NCBI GenBank assembly: GCA_051294905.1
Contig: CM119381.1
Coordinates: 11,904,001 to 11,968,000, forward strand
Source of the DNA: Botryllus schlosseri
Lineage: Eukaryota
Direction of reading: 5' to 3'
Length of the DNA stretch: 64,000 nucleotides
Position numbers and translations under genes: made by a program. Positions 63,952 to 64,000 of this stretch are shown here, one piece after another. Each line of letters starts with the position of its first letter. Position 1 is the first letter of the stretch. The notes below the pieces were generated by a model. It ran no database searches, was not told the DNA's origin, and saw only the letters and a program-made list of their open reading frames with translations.

Positions 63952-64000
63952 CTAAAAGAAATCTTGGTATGATATATTGCCTTGGCCTACTAAATAATGT

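Overview
AT-rich, intron-rich eukaryotic (animal) genomic DNA. It looks invertebrate and a tunicate is plausible, but the species cannot be identified from the sequence alone. Almost the whole window is the interior of one giant minus-strand gene. I traced 94 consecutive AG/GT-bounded exons from 63951 down to 2681, and all 93 junctions are phase-compatible. They join into an uninterrupted 14,124-nt frame (~4,708 aa) made entirely of CxxGxYC / CxxCPxG cysteine-rich repeats (GCC2_GCC3 / Ephrin_rec_like type). Start and stop both lie outside the window. The spliced protein hides a higher-order super-repeat: a rare Cys-containing linker recurs every 693, 691, 693 and 691 aa. Near the N-terminal side the protein switches to a simpler ~32-aa 4-Cys repeat. 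The introns hold a very young Penelope-like retroelement arranged as an apparently perfect 658-bp inverted repeat with target-site duplication, 27-nt tail and minimal U3-A8 hammerhead ribozymes. They also hold four older relics of related Penelope elements (one with an intact ribozyme), seven hAT-type elements with 8-bp TSDs (one nested in another), a TTAA piggyBac-like element, a tRNA-derived SINE and an L2/Crack LINE relic. No rRNA, true tRNA or CRISPR array was found. All coordinates and counts were derived by hand.
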